DNA of 64,000 nucleotides from a bacterium. Its GTDB lineage: Bacteria; SM23-31. Made by a program: the position numbers and the translations under genes. Location: the NCBI GenBank assembly GCA_965249485.1, contig OZ252239.1, positions 1,024,001-1,088,000 on the forward strand. Reading direction: 5' to 3'. Below the pieces are notes generated by a model that worked only from the letters and a program-made list of their open reading frames with translations, had not been told where the DNA came from and did not search any database. Below, piece after piece: positions 22,871-33,576 of this stretch (within the stretch, counting starts at the first letter, position 1; each line of letters begins with the position of its first letter).

Positions 22871-24065
22871 ATTATCAAAAAAATTATTGCCGATATTTGT
22901 TTTAATTTTTGGTGTGATAATTGCAATAATTATTATAAAATCAAAACCAGACGTAGAGACGGTTCCGGTAAAAATTATCCCAAAACAGGTTAAAGCGTTT
23001 ATAGCTGAAAAACAGTCAATAACTATTACTGTAAAAACTCAGGGAACAATAAAACCTGGAACAGAAACTGTACTTGTTTCCCAAGTTTCCGGACAAATAA
23101 AAAATATATCAAAAGCATTTGTAAATGGTGGATTTTTTGAAAAAGACGATATTCTTTTGCAAATTGAAGATAGTGATTATCAGTTAACATTTATACAATT
23201 AGAACTTCAAGTAGCCCAAGCGGAATTAAGGTTGAAAATAGAAGAACAGGAAGCAAATGTTGCTATACAGGAATGGGAAAAATTAAATGAAGGAAAACCT
23301 TCACCGCTTGCTGCACGAGAACCACATTTAAATGAAGCAAAAAGAGCGCTTGAAGCAGCAAATGCGTCGCTCCAACAAGCAAATTTAAATCTTGAAAGAA
23401 CAAAAATAAGAGCTCCTTATTCAGGAAGAATTCGTACAAAGACTGTGGATCTAGGACAGTATGTAAATCCAGGTATGTCTCTTGCAAACATTTACGGTGT
23501 CGATATAGCTGAAGTCAGATTACCTGTGCCAGATGAGGAACTAGCTTATATCGATTTTCCAATAGACTTCAGGGGCTTGCAAGATAGAGAGTCTGGTCCC
23601 AGGATTAAATTAACTGCAGACTTTGCTGGAAAAATTCAAAATTGGGAAGGATACCTTTCTAGAATAGAGGGTGAAATTGAACAAAGAAGCAGGATGATAA
23701 ATTTAGTAGCAAAAGTTAATGATCCTTATGGAAAGTCAAAAACACTCAATAAACCGCCTTTAACTGTAGGAATGTTCGTCAACGCCGAAATATTTGGTCG
23801 AAAATATGATGATATAATGATTATACCTCGATCAGCATTAAGGAATAAAAATCAAATATTAATCATTGACGAAAATAATAAATTAAGGTTTAGGACAGTT
23901 GAAATTTTAAAACTTGAATCTGAAGAAGCATATATAAGTGCAGGTATTGAAAACGGTGAAAAAGTATGTGCAACTACATTAACAACAGTTGTCGAAGGTA
24001 TGGATGTAGAAATATATGAAGAAATAAATTTTAGTTCACAATCAAACGATGGAGAAACAAAATGA
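22863..24065 (+). CDS. RND periplasmic adaptor (MFP)
   Basis: VSGQI, LERTKIRAPYSG, GMFV, IPRSAL. Confidence 0.92.
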   Translation: MNRLSKKLLPIFVLIFGVIIAIIIIKSKPDVETVPVKIIPKQVKAFIAEKQSITITVKTQGTIKPGTETVLVSQVSGQIKNISKAFVNGGFFEKDDILLQIEDSDYQLTFIQLELQVAQAELRLKIEEQEANVAIQEWEKLNEGKPSPLAAREPHLNEAKRALEAANASLQQANLNLERTKIRAPYSGRIRTKTVDLGQYVNPGMSLANIYGVDIAEVRLPVPDEELAYIDFPIDFRGLQDRESGPRIKLTADFAGKIQNWEGYLSRIEGEIEQRSRMINLVAKVNDPYGKSKTLNKPPLTVGMFVNAEIFGRKYDDIMIIPRSALRNKNQILIIDENNKLRFRTVEILKLESEEAYISAGIENGEKVCATTLTTVVEGMDVEIYEEINFSSQSNDGETK

Positions 24066-27000
24066 ATACGATGATTTCATGGTTTGTCCATAATAAGGTT
24101 GCGGCTAATTTGTTGATGATTACTATTTTTATTGCAGGTCTGTTATCACTAAGCAAAATAAAAACAGAAGTTTTTCCTGAATTTTCTACAGATATAATTT
24201 CGATTTCAGTGGCATATCTGGGTGCTGCACCCGAAGAAGTTGAAGAAGGAGTATGTGTCAAAATTGAAGAAGCTATTCAAGGGTTAGAAGGTATCAAAAA
24301 AATTACATCCACTGCTTCAGAAGGGCTAGGAACTGTATCAGTGGAATTAATTGTAGGGTATGATATTAGAAAACTACTTGACGACATAAAATCAAGAGTT
24401 GACCAAATATTAACGTTTCCTTTAGAAACTGAAGAACCTATTATTCAAGAAGCTCTTAACAGACGCCAGGTCCTTAATGTTGCAGTTACCGGAAATGTTG
24501 ATGAAAGAAGTTTGAAGTCGATTTCTGATGAAATAAGAGATGAAATATCCGATCTGCCTGAAGTAAGCCAGGTCGAAGTAGGCGGAGCCCGTCCATACGA
24601 AATTTCAATTGAAGTTGCAGAAGATGACCTAAGAAAATTTGATTTAACTTTTTCGGAAGTTGTTGGAGCTATAAGAGCTTCATCTTTGGATTTACCTGGA
24701 GGATCAATTAAGACCAGTTCCGGTGAGTTAACTATCAGAACGAAAGGGCAGGTTTATGAAGGCATTGAATATGAAAAATTAATAATAAGATCATTGCCTG
24801 ACGGAACCAGGTTAACTCTTGGAGACGTTGCCAATGTAATTGATGGATTTGCCGAAACCGATCAATCGGCTAGATTTGATGGTAATTCTACTAATTTGGT
24901 TCAGGTTTACCGTGTCGGTGATGAAAATGCCATAAATGTTGCAAATGCAGTTAAAGAATATGTTAAGGTAAAACAAAATAAGTTACCTGATAGGATAACT
25001 ATAACAGTTTGGCAGGATGACTCACTGGTTTTCAATGACAGACTTTCATTGTTATTGCGTAACGGTAGGAGCGGATTCATTTTAGTTTTTTTGGCTCTGG
25101 CGTTATTTTTAAGGCTAAGACTCGCATGGTGGGTTATAATAGGGATGATAATGTCATTCTTTGGAGCGTTTTGGGTGATCCCACAATTTGACGCATCAAT
25201 AAATATGATCTCAATGTTTGCATTTATTCTTGTACTCGGTATTGTAGTTGATGATGCAATTGTAATTGGAGAAAATATTTATACCCATCAGGAAAGGGGT
25301 GACAATGCATTAAAAGCCGCAATCGAAGGAACTCAAGAAGTAGCTACTCCAGTAATATTTGCTGTCCTAACAACTATAGCGGCCTTTTCGCCGCTCATGT
25401 TTGTTCCAGGTTTTATGGGTAAAATAATGAAAGTTATCCCGATAATAGTTATATCTACATTATTATTTTCCTTAATTGAATCAATATTTATTTTACCATC
25501 CCATCTATCTCATATGAAGCCTAAAAAAGATAAAGCGGAATCTAATAATTATAAAATCAAATGGAATAATTTTCAACAACAGTTCCAAAGCATATTAAAC
25601 AATTTTGTTGAGACCTATTATAAGAAGTTACTTGAAAAAGCTTTGGAATGGCGTTATCTGTCTTTAGCAATTAGTTTAAGCTTATTAATACTGACGTTTA
25701 GTTTTGTTGGAGGTGGCTGGATAAAGTTTGTTTTTATGCCGGAAGTTGAAGCTGATAACGTTGTCGCATTGCTTACTATGCCGCAAGGTACTTCAAAAAC
25801 AAAAACTGCTGAAGTTATAAGAAAGTTAGAGGAGAGCGCAGATATTCTTAACAAAGAGTTAAATGGTGACGGTAAAGCACCTATAGATCATATTCTTGCA
25901 TCAATAGGAGAACAGCCATTTCTTGCTAGACAAGTGCGTGCAGGAGGACCTAGAAGTGTTGCAAGCAGTTCCCATTTAGGAGAAGTAAACCTTCAATTGA
26001 TTTCTGCAGAAACTCGCGATGTAACAAGTATGTATATTGCACAAAGATGGCGTGAATTAACAGGAATAATTCCTGAAGCAGAAGAGCTTACATTTTCTTC
26101 TTCGTTATTTTCAGCTGGTGACCCGGTAAACGTGCAAATATCCGGAGTTAATTATGAAGAATTGTTATTAGCTTCAATTGAGATTCAAAATAAAATTGCC
26201 GAATATCCGGGTACCTATGATATCTCTGATTCTTATAAAGAAGGAAAAAGTGAAATTAAACTTAGAATTAAACCCGAAGCAGAGGCCATAGGTGTATCGT
26301 TATCTTCTGTTGCAATGCAGGTTCGTCAGGCATTTTATGGAGAAGAGGTTCAACGGATCCAAAGAGGCCGTGATGATATAAGAGTAATGGTCAGATATCC
26401 TGAAGATAAGAGAAAATCGATCAATGATCTTGAGAATATGCGTATCAGAATACCAGGTGGTGGTGTCATTCCATTTAAAGCAGCAGCTAGCATTGAATCA
26501 GGTATAGGTTTTGCCTCTATAAGTAGAACTGATAGAAAAAGAACAATAAATATCACAGCAAATGTAGATATCGGTGTATCGAATCCAAATGAAATAGTTG
26601 ATGATCTGAAATTAAATGCTTTAGAACCGATATTGAATAAGTATAATGGAATTAGTTACTCCTTTGAAGGCGAACAGTCTGCCCAAGCTGAGTCAATGCA
26701 AGGATTGCTTGAAGGGTTCATGTTTGCTATGCTTATTATTTATGTTTTGTTGGCAATACCTTTTAAATCATATGTCCAACCGCTTATTGTAATGAGTGCA
26801 ATTCCTTTTGGTTTTATTGGAGCAATAATGGGTCATATTATTATGGGATATAATTTAACCATCATTTCCGGATTTGGAATAGTAGCATTGACAGGAGTTG
26901 TTGTTAATGATAGTTTGGTATTTGTTGATTTTATTAATAGAGATGTGATCAAAGGAGAAAGCATTCAAAATGCAATTATAAAAGCGGGTGTTTCAAGATT

Positions 27001-27202
27001 TAGACCAATAATGCTGACATCTATAACAACATTTGCAGGATTAACACCATTGATGTTGGAAAAAAGTATGCAGGCACAGTTCTTAATCCCAATGGCAATA
27101 TCATTGGCGTTTGGTGTTTTGTTTGCAACAGCAATTACTCTAATTCTGGTCCCAACTTTTTATAACATATTAGACGATGTGAAAGTTTATTTCGCCAGTT
27201 AA
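24062..27202 (+). CDS. RND efflux permease (AcrB/AcrD/AcrF family)
   Basis: 1046 aa; GIVVDDAIV, GVVVNDS, RFRPIMLTSITT. Confidence 0.95.
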   Translation: MNTMISWFVHNKVAANLLMITIFIAGLLSLSKIKTEVFPEFSTDIISISVAYLGAAPEEVEEGVCVKIEEAIQGLEGIKKITSTASEGLGTVSVELIVGYDIRKLLDDIKSRVDQILTFPLETEEPIIQEALNRRQVLNVAVTGNVDERSLKSISDEIRDEISDLPEVSQVEVGGARPYEISIEVAEDDLRKFDLTFSEVVGAIRASSLDLPGGSIKTSSGELTIRTKGQVYEGIEYEKLIIRSLPDGTRLTLGDVANVIDGFAETDQSARFDGNSTNLVQVYRVGDENAINVANAVKEYVKVKQNKLPDRITITVWQDDSLVFNDRLSLLLRNGRSGFILVFLALALFLRLRLAWWVIIGMIMSFFGAFWVIPQFDASINMISMFAFILVLGIVVDDAIVIGENIYTHQERGDNALKAAIEGTQEVATPVIFAVLTTIAAFSPLMFVPGFMGKIMKVIPIIVISTLLFSLIESIFILPSHLSHMKPKKDKAESNNYKIKWNNFQQQFQSILNNFVETYYKKLLEKALEWRYLSLAISLSLLILTFSFVGGGWIKFVFMPEVEADNVVALLTMPQGTSKTKTAEVIRKLEESADILNKELNGDGKAPIDHILASIGEQPFLARQVRAGGPRSVASSSHLGEVNLQLISAETRDVTSMYIAQRWRELTGIIPEAEELTFSSSLFSAGDPVNVQISGVNYEELLLASIEIQNKIAEYPGTYDISDSYKEGKSEIKLRIKPEAEAIGVSLSSVAMQVRQAFYGEEVQRIQRGRDDIRVMVRYPEDKRKSINDLENMRIRIPGGGVIPFKAAASIESGIGFASISRTDRKRTINITANVDIGVSNPNEIVDDLKLNALEPILNKYNGISYSFEGEQSAQAESMQGLLEGFMFAMLIIYVLLAIPFKSYVQPLIVMSAIPFGFIGAIMGHIIMGYNLTIISGFGIVALTGVVVNDSLVFVDFINRDVIKGESIQNAIIKAGVSRFRPIMLTSITTFAGLTPLMLEKSMQAQFLIPMAISLAFGVLFATAITLILVPTFYNILDDVKVYFAS

Positions 27203-27270
27203 TTTATTTAAAAATGCAATAAAAAAACATCCCATCATGTAGAGGTTCAGAACAAGTTGGAATGATTGGA

Positions 27271-27342
27271 TTAAAAGTTAAGAGGTACATTTAGTTTTTA
27301 CAAGGATTTTTACTCCTTGGGCTGTACGATTTGCGAACCTTT
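27271..27342. repeat. Junction repeat, full copy between convergent genes
   Basis: tttacaaggatttttactccttgggctgtacgatttgcgaaccttt. Confidence 0.9.
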
Positions 27343-27365
27343 AGATTGAGATTTATTCATACACT

Positions 27366-28169
27366 TTAAGGATTTGGCTGAATCGTAAATGTCTGAGCAC
27401 GGTAATTCCCGTCAGGCAGAACAGTAGGTAACATATACTGCGGATCGGTGAGCAGCGCATATAAAACAGGGTCACCGGATTGCACTTGCTCTTTCGTTCT
27501 CAATATCCATTCATCTCCTCCCCGGCTCCCGGGATAATCCTGTCCTCCAAGTATCGATGTTAAACCCCAATGAATATACTCAGATATCTAGCAATCATAA
27601 TCGCATGTTTCGTCATAATACGTGTGCCAGGCATCTTCGGGATATTGCTCAGGAACCTCTTCGAAATATCCCCCTCTCGCTGCTTCCGATGCTTTTGCAA
27701 TCTCTGTCCCAGGTACTCTGCCAAAAACTGAAGGATATGCGCCTTTCCAACCATAGTCAGTTATCAAGTGCAGGATTTCTTCAAGTGCTTCATTATACAT
27801 TCCATTTTCCCCATTCGGGCGTATGTTATCAGCATAAACTTGTTGCCAATTCCGGGATGGGAGAAGTTTTCTGTCAATTGCCCGTAATTCTTTCCGGTTC
27901 TTTGCTACAACCTGAGTAGCATTCGTCATAATCATCGCATCGACGATTTTCTGGTTGTCCGGGACGCCATCTTCGTCATTATCCAGATACTCGGCCAGCA
28001 CGTTGGCGGCATGAATCACTTTATCATCAGGTGAGGTCTCAGTTGCGTAAACGTGAATACCAAATACCTCCACATGTTTGGGAAAAGGATTGGTTACCGG
28101 ACTATTAGAGCTGCAATTAATAAGTAAAAAAACTAATACGATGAACCATACAGATAAAATATAATTCAT
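27366..28169 (-). pseudogene. Uncharacterised lipoprotein (EEILH motif) with in-frame TAG at 27588
   Basis: MNYILSVWF...LINC; frame continues ISEYIHWGLTSILG...LPDGNY to TAA at 27366. Confidence 0.7.
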
Positions 28170-28223
28170 TATTACTCCTCGATGACTGTTGTACGCCCTC
28201 AGAACAAATCGGAAGCATTGTGG

Positions 28224-28269
28224 TAAATAGTAAAGAATGCATATTGCTTTTACAAGTTGTTTCTGCTCC
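28224..28269. repeat. Junction repeat, left arm plus core
   Basis: atagta-17-ttacaagttgtttctgctcc. Confidence 0.85.
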
Positions 28270-28575
28270 ACATTCATGTATTTCAATTTCACAAATCCCT
28301 AAAAATATCTCATCGATCCGCTTAGGCTTTGTCAAGGCCAAAATATTAGAGTGCTTATGCCCTGTTTATGCCTGATATCCTCAAATTCTACCTTGAAAAT
28401 CAACATTTAGTTGGATTACTGCTGTTTTGTAAGTTAGTAAAGGTGCTATGTACGTAGACGTTTGACCCTAAGGGTAGGTTATCTACACCCCATATGCACA
28501 TGTGTCCATCCCGGGGAATATGCGTATTTAGTGAGATGTGTATTAAAACGATACATCAATGGTTTGGCGTTAAGT
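28270..28575. repeat. ~300 bp element, copy 1 (other copy 56917-57210)
   Basis: Shared blocks cattcatgta, cacaaatccctaaa, cgatccg, agagtgcttatg, aggttatctac, gtgtattaaaa, aatggtttgg. Confidence 0.75.
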
Positions 28576-28843
28576 GATTGAATGATATATTGATAGTGGT
28601 AAATGACGAATGGGTGTGAGCTTGGATTGCGATTTAATTGATGCAAATGGGTGAGTTAAATTCGCTTTTTATCTTTAAACGTTGACCTTGTCCCTTTCTA
28701 TCAAAGTATTCACTATACTATTATAACATCTGGCTCAACTTTTGGGGGCAAGGTCATACACAAAAATCCTTACAGGGCCGTAAATTTTGATCTTTTTCCA
28801 CTTTTATAAATATTTTTTGAATTATAAATAGAGATTTATTGAA

Positions 28844-30619
28844 TTAATGTTCTACATAGACATAATAAACTCCGACTAATTCTTCTTCTAATTCCAGCCA
28901 TGCCTCAAGTTTTGCATCTTTGGCTTCAAGTGATACCGGATCAAATGAACAGGAAGATGCATCTTTTTCAACCGGTTTGATTAAATGCAAATTATCAATA
29001 CGGATGTGAGCTTTTCCCGTTGTTTGTACGGCGCGAAATTGCAGAGTAATTTTATAATTGCCTGTTTTTGTAATTTTGACTTCCCAGTAGCCAAGCCCAT
29101 CTCTCCGCCAGCTGGCTTTAGGTCCGCGCCAGTCCTGACGCGTCAGAATAACAGGATTCTCATAGGACGATCCGATATAAATCCTCGGCAGATCATATCC
29201 TCGGGTAGAAGAAACATCATTAAACCAGTTTTCATAATTTTTTCGCATCCGGGCAACAATGTCAGGATATTTATCTGCGATATTATTTCTTTCACCCGGG
29301 TCGGCTTCTATATCATAAAGCTCGAAAATGGGATCTGAAAGATACTTCTCAAGATCATCACCTTCATAGGGAAGATTACCTCCATAAGGTTGAACCAGTT
29401 TATAATGCTGTGAAACTACAGCACAGTTACGGTTTACCTGTGGTTCGTCACCCCGATGCCATTGAAAAAACAAGTTGCGGTCTTGCCACTCAATGTTGTC
29501 CTTAAGCAGAAGAGGCATTAAACTTACTCCGTCCATTGCTGTTTCTTCAGGCTTTTTTATATTACAAGCATCAAGCAGTGTCGGCAGTATATCGATATGC
29601 CCGGCAATACGGTCTACTTTTTTTTCAGCCACTGTGATACCGGGAAATCGAATAAAAAATGGAACGCGAATACCTCCGTCATATACAGTAGTTTTACTGC
29701 CCCGTAGTCCGGAATTGTAACGTTCGGGATCATCCATACGCATCCGGGGTCCATTATCGGTCATGAATATAACGATTGTGTTTTCTTCAATATTCAATTT
29801 CTTTAATTTTAAAAGTAATCTGCCGACATTTTCATCGATATTGGAAATCATACCGTATGTTCTTGCTGTAGAATCGTCGAGATCCATTGCTCTATATGGC
29901 TTAACGTATTCTTCTCCAATTTGTAAAGGTGTATGTGGAGCGTTTGTACTGAGATATGCAAAAAACGGTCTGGCATCGTCCTTTTCAATAAATTGGATTG
30001 CAGCATCGGTAAAGATATCAGTGCAATAGCCGCTGTATTGTTTCGCTGTATTGTTGTATTCCAATATGGGGTCGGTATACATGTTTCCAGGTGGGTCTGC
30101 GGGCTGACCGATTCCGCCGCCTTTGTGTATCAAAGATTCCTGAAATCCCTGATCACTGGGTCTCATGGGATAATTATCTCCCAGGTGCCATTTGCCGAAA
30201 ATCCCGTTACGGTATCCTGAAGCACTGAAAATTTCTGCTATTGTTACTTCATCGGAATACATCATAGAACGTCCCATAAAAGTATCTACCACTCCAGTAC
30301 GGTAATTATAACGTCCTGTCATCAGACTGGAACGGGTAGGGGAACAGACGGGACAAACGTAAAAACGAGTGAACTCAAGGCTTTCTTTGGCGAATCGATC
30401 AAGGTTAGGTGTGTTAATCTTAGTATTCCCATGGTAACCAAGGTCTCCGTAACCCTGGTCGTCGGTAAGAATCAAAAGTATATTTGGGCGGTTCTTGTTA
30501 AGCGGTGAGCAGCTATTTAAGTTAACACCTGAGAGCAATAACGCAGATGATCCACCAATTAATGTTTTGCCTGTAATGTTTAAGAATTTTCTTCTGTTTA
30601 CTATGTTTTTCTTTAACAT
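28844..30619 (-). CDS. Arylsulfatase (S1) with Tat signal
   Basis: NRRKFL, PNILLILTDDQG, CSPTRSSLMTGR, GKWHLG. Confidence 0.93.
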   Translation of the reverse strand: MLKKNIVNRRKFLNITGKTLIGGSSALLLSGVNLNSCSPLNKNRPNILLILTDDQGYGDLGYHGNTKINTPNLDRFAKESLEFTRFYVCPVCSPTRSSLMTGRYNYRTGVVDTFMGRSMMYSDEVTIAEIFSASGYRNGIFGKWHLGDNYPMRPSDQGFQESLIHKGGGIGQPADPPGNMYTDPILEYNNTAKQYSGYCTDIFTDAAIQFIEKDDARPFFAYLSTNAPHTPLQIGEEYVKPYRAMDLDDSTARTYGMISNIDENVGRLLLKLKKLNIEENTIVIFMTDNGPRMRMDDPERYNSGLRGSKTTVYDGGIRVPFFIRFPGITVAEKKVDRIAGHIDILPTLLDACNIKKPEETAMDGVSLMPLLLKDNIEWQDRNLFFQWHRGDEPQVNRNCAVVSQHYKLVQPYGGNLPYEGDDLEKYLSDPIFELYDIEADPGERNNIADKYPDIVARMRKNYENWFNDVSSTRGYDLPRIYIGSSYENPVILTRQDWRGPKASWRRDGLGYWEVKITKTGNYKITLQFRAVQTTGKAHIRIDNLHLIKPVEKDASSCSFDPVSLEAKDAKLEAWLELEEELVGVYYVYVEH

Positions 30620-30909
30620 GTTCTGCCTCTAAAATATATGTTTACAACTCAACATATTTAATTTATTCAGGTTGAGGTGTAATTATTTTTTGTCTTCTTT
30701 TTTCAAATACGTAATGAATAACTATTGACATTGTATTAATCTCTCATTTTATTTTCCATCCCTTTTCGACTGTGCAAACAACCGCTTCCACAACTTCTCA
30801 GTAGCCTATGCTTTTATCCAGGAATCATGTTCAACGTCTTTATATCCGTTGTGTTTTCCGGTTTTCCCAATTTAAAAAGCGGGCGTTTAGGTATGTTTAT
30901 ATATTGAAG

Positions 30910-30938
30910 ACTCCGAGGGATATACGAATTGCAATCCT
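30910..30938. repeat. Junction repeat, degenerate right arm
   Basis: actccgagggatatacgaattgcaatcct. Confidence 0.5.
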
Positions 30939-30988
30939 GATACTTTTACGTATTTATTGTTATTAACGAAAAAATATGTTTGGAGCTG

Positions 30989-31892
30989 TTAACCGCCAAA
31001 CAATTCGTCGAGTAGTGAGCGGCTGGGCGTTACCATGATTTTCGGAATAGTTTGTTCAAAAAGTTGATACATCTCGGGAAACTGGGTTTTAAAGTCGTCA
31101 CTACTCGCTATCGTTCCACCCCGCGTCCACTCGTTTCCTCCTCCTCCATAGGGCTCCTGGAGATCCCAAGCGGTTGTGATAACTATATAAGCTAATTCCT
31201 GAAGTTTAACCCTTAACCGGCGTTCTTCATCTTCAATTCTATCGTATGATGTGTCATCGTAATACTCTTTTTCTACCGCTTCAAGCATCAACTGATGAAG
31301 TTTCGACCCACTTGTAACGGCCCACTCATCGGGAAATGTGTAATGAAGGCCTACATCGGTCACGTGATGTAATATATGCTCGACAACCTCCATGACCTGT
31401 CGTCCGATTTCATTTTCATGTATTGAATCGCATACGCTGTTCTGATTTTTCGTAGTCCTCCATGCCGCTTGGTCTTCGGGAGAGGTGATACGATTACTTC
31501 CATTTATAGAAAGGGATCGTGGTTCTGTATTTGTACATGTTCCTGATAAGCTCTTCTTGTAAATCACTATCGATATCCCCGCCTCGCGGAAACATTTCTA
31601 TGATAGTTTTAGCGACTTTATTCATAAAATCGTCGGAAATATCATCCCGGCCAATCAGAGTAATGCCGTAGACCGTGAGTTTTTTCGTGAACGGCTTGTA
31701 CTCGTCTGTCGGAACGACACCGCTATTCATATACAGATTGCTGGGTACTTCACCCAACGGTGAGATCAGGATGCCTCCCCCTAAATGGGTCTTTTCCGTA
31801 TCAGTCGATACCGATTCAACCTTTTCCGAACTACAGAAGCTCAGAAAGAAGGTCAAAGAAAGAAATGCACAAAAAACTTGTCGAGTAGACAT
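30989..31892 (-). pseudogene. Uncharacterised lipoprotein (EHILH motif), frameshifted near 31500
   Basis: Two overlapping ORFs together align with the intact paralog 54290-55204. Confidence 0.75.
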
Positions 31893-32026
31893 AATTGAAT
31901 CTCCTACAATTAGTATATATTCCCTCTATCAATTTTCTAAAAAAGATTAATTGGGATTGTCATATGAAATATAACGCTCTTTTAGATGTAATGTACTTGG
32001 TCAGAATGTATTTGTAATTATAATCT

Positions 32027-32082
32027 GAATAATAAGGTACGTATCCTGTTATTACAAGTATATTTTACTCTCCGGACAATAC
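32027..32082. repeat. Junction repeat, right arm degenerate
   Basis: ataata-17-ttacaagtatattttactctccggacaatac. Confidence 0.75.
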
Positions 32083-32089
32083 TATATGC

Positions 32090-33493
32090 TTAATGAATCA
32101 ATGCAATTTCCTCATTTGGCACCTGAATATTTTCAACTCCCTTACTGGTTATAATTTGAGGATTCGAAATATTAAAGGCAAGTGGGTAACCGGGTCTTTC
32201 TGCAATATTCTTATGGACCATATATTCAAAAGCAAAGAGATGATTTTCCTGAATTTTCAGATGGTGCGTAAATTTGCGAAATGGCCCCATAGAGGTCCCT
32301 TCTATTCTAATGTCCCATGCAACTTCCCCTGTGGCGATATTATTATTCCCCATACTGTGATTATCGATGGAGAAACCCGGCTTATCGGTATTTGCAAGCA
32401 CATTCCGGAGCATTTCATAGTCTCCTGAACCTTTATCGGAAAATGGTGTATAGATATACCCTGCATCTTCCATAGCTTTGACCATAGCAGCCATAGATTC
32501 ACCCCCGGTCATACCAACTCTCATGTGGGGTCGCATAATTCTTTGACATGCTATTGCCAGATCGTAAACTTCCTGCAGAAAGTCAGGAGCTTTTGTATCT
32601 CCTTCTCGCAAAATATAAGCATATGTTTTCGTATCAATATCCATGTCCATATAGCTCCCCCCGGCACCAGCTCCGCTGTGAAACAGATCACCTCGCTGCA
32701 ATACGTAGTCACGGGAACGTGTTTCGGACATATCTGAAACAGCCGAATAGAGAACATTTGCTCGTGCTTCCCGAGCTGTTGTTTTACCCGGCACCACACT
32801 CCTTATTATTTCTAAAACATTCTGCCGGGCAAGTGCCAACACTTCGACCTGTGCCGCTACTTCTCTGCTTGTCCTTCTTACCAGAGAATCGTTAATAACA
32901 TTCTCAGCCGAGACAATTCTTGCAGAATATTTCGGTCCCAGTATTTTTTGCAGCTTCAATAATTGTGTATAAGAAATACCATCGGATACTGGCAGAAAAT
33001 CGGAATAATTAACGGCGATCGTCTGCGGATTGCGTCCAGCGACAAATTCTGTTATTTCGTCGAAGACCTCGGGAACAGAATATCCCTGACTCGGATCTGA
33101 ATTGTCATAATTATAACCGGCAAATGCCCGTGCAACATTTTCAGAACCCCGTATATCAATCTTTTCTACTGCTCCTGCACTTCCGCCAAAGTGAGCCCGT
33201 TCAATTTTATCTCCCAAATCGGTAAATATCAAATAACCCGATGTCTTTCCAAACTGCGTGGCCATTGGATCTTGACCACGAGTTACGTGAATCCACATGT
33301 CTACATTATTATCACGCATTGCTCCCGGCAGAACAAGATCAAGCTTGTCATTTCTCATCAGACGGAGAGCTTCCCTATCGGTCTCTACCGTACGCTGTGG
33401 AAGTGGATTAAAAGTATCTCCACCTCGCTGTGCCATTGCATTAGGTACGGTGAACATTAAAACTATTAAAAATATCATTACTCGTGATATCAT
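32090..33493 (-). CDS. M24/Xaa-Pro aminopeptidase-like exported protein
   Basis: Family motifs; start probably MISRVM at 33493 (ORF extends to 33508). Confidence 0.85.
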   Translation of the reverse strand: MISRVMIFLIVLMFTVPNAMAQRGGDTFNPLPQRTVETDREALRLMRNDKLDLVLPGAMRDNNVDMWIHVTRGQDPMATQFGKTSGYLIFTDLGDKIERAHFGGSAGAVEKIDIRGSENVARAFAGYNYDNSDPSQGYSVPEVFDEITEFVAGRNPQTIAVNYSDFLPVSDGISYTQLLKLQKILGPKYSARIVSAENVINDSLVRRTSREVAAQVEVLALARQNVLEIIRSVVPGKTTAREARANVLYSAVSDMSETRSRDYVLQRGDLFHSGAGAGGSYMDMDIDTKTYAYILREGDTKAPDFLQEVYDLAIACQRIMRPHMRVGMTGGESMAAMVKAMEDAGYIYTPFSDKGSGDYEMLRNVLANTDKPGFSIDNHSMGNNNIATGEVAWDIRIEGTSMGPFRKFTHHLKIQENHLFAFEYMVHKNIAERPGYPLAFNISNPQIITSKGVENIQVPNEEIALIH

Positions 33494-33520
33494 GGCCTTA
33501 CTCCTCATTTGATTTTTGGT

Positions 33521-33576
33521 GATAACTATTTCGTTAAGTAATTAACTGTTACAAGTATTCCTTACTCGACGAGCTG
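33521..33576. repeat. Junction repeat, degenerate
   Basis: ttacaagtattccttactcgacgagctg, directly abutting stop at 33577. Confidence 0.65.
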
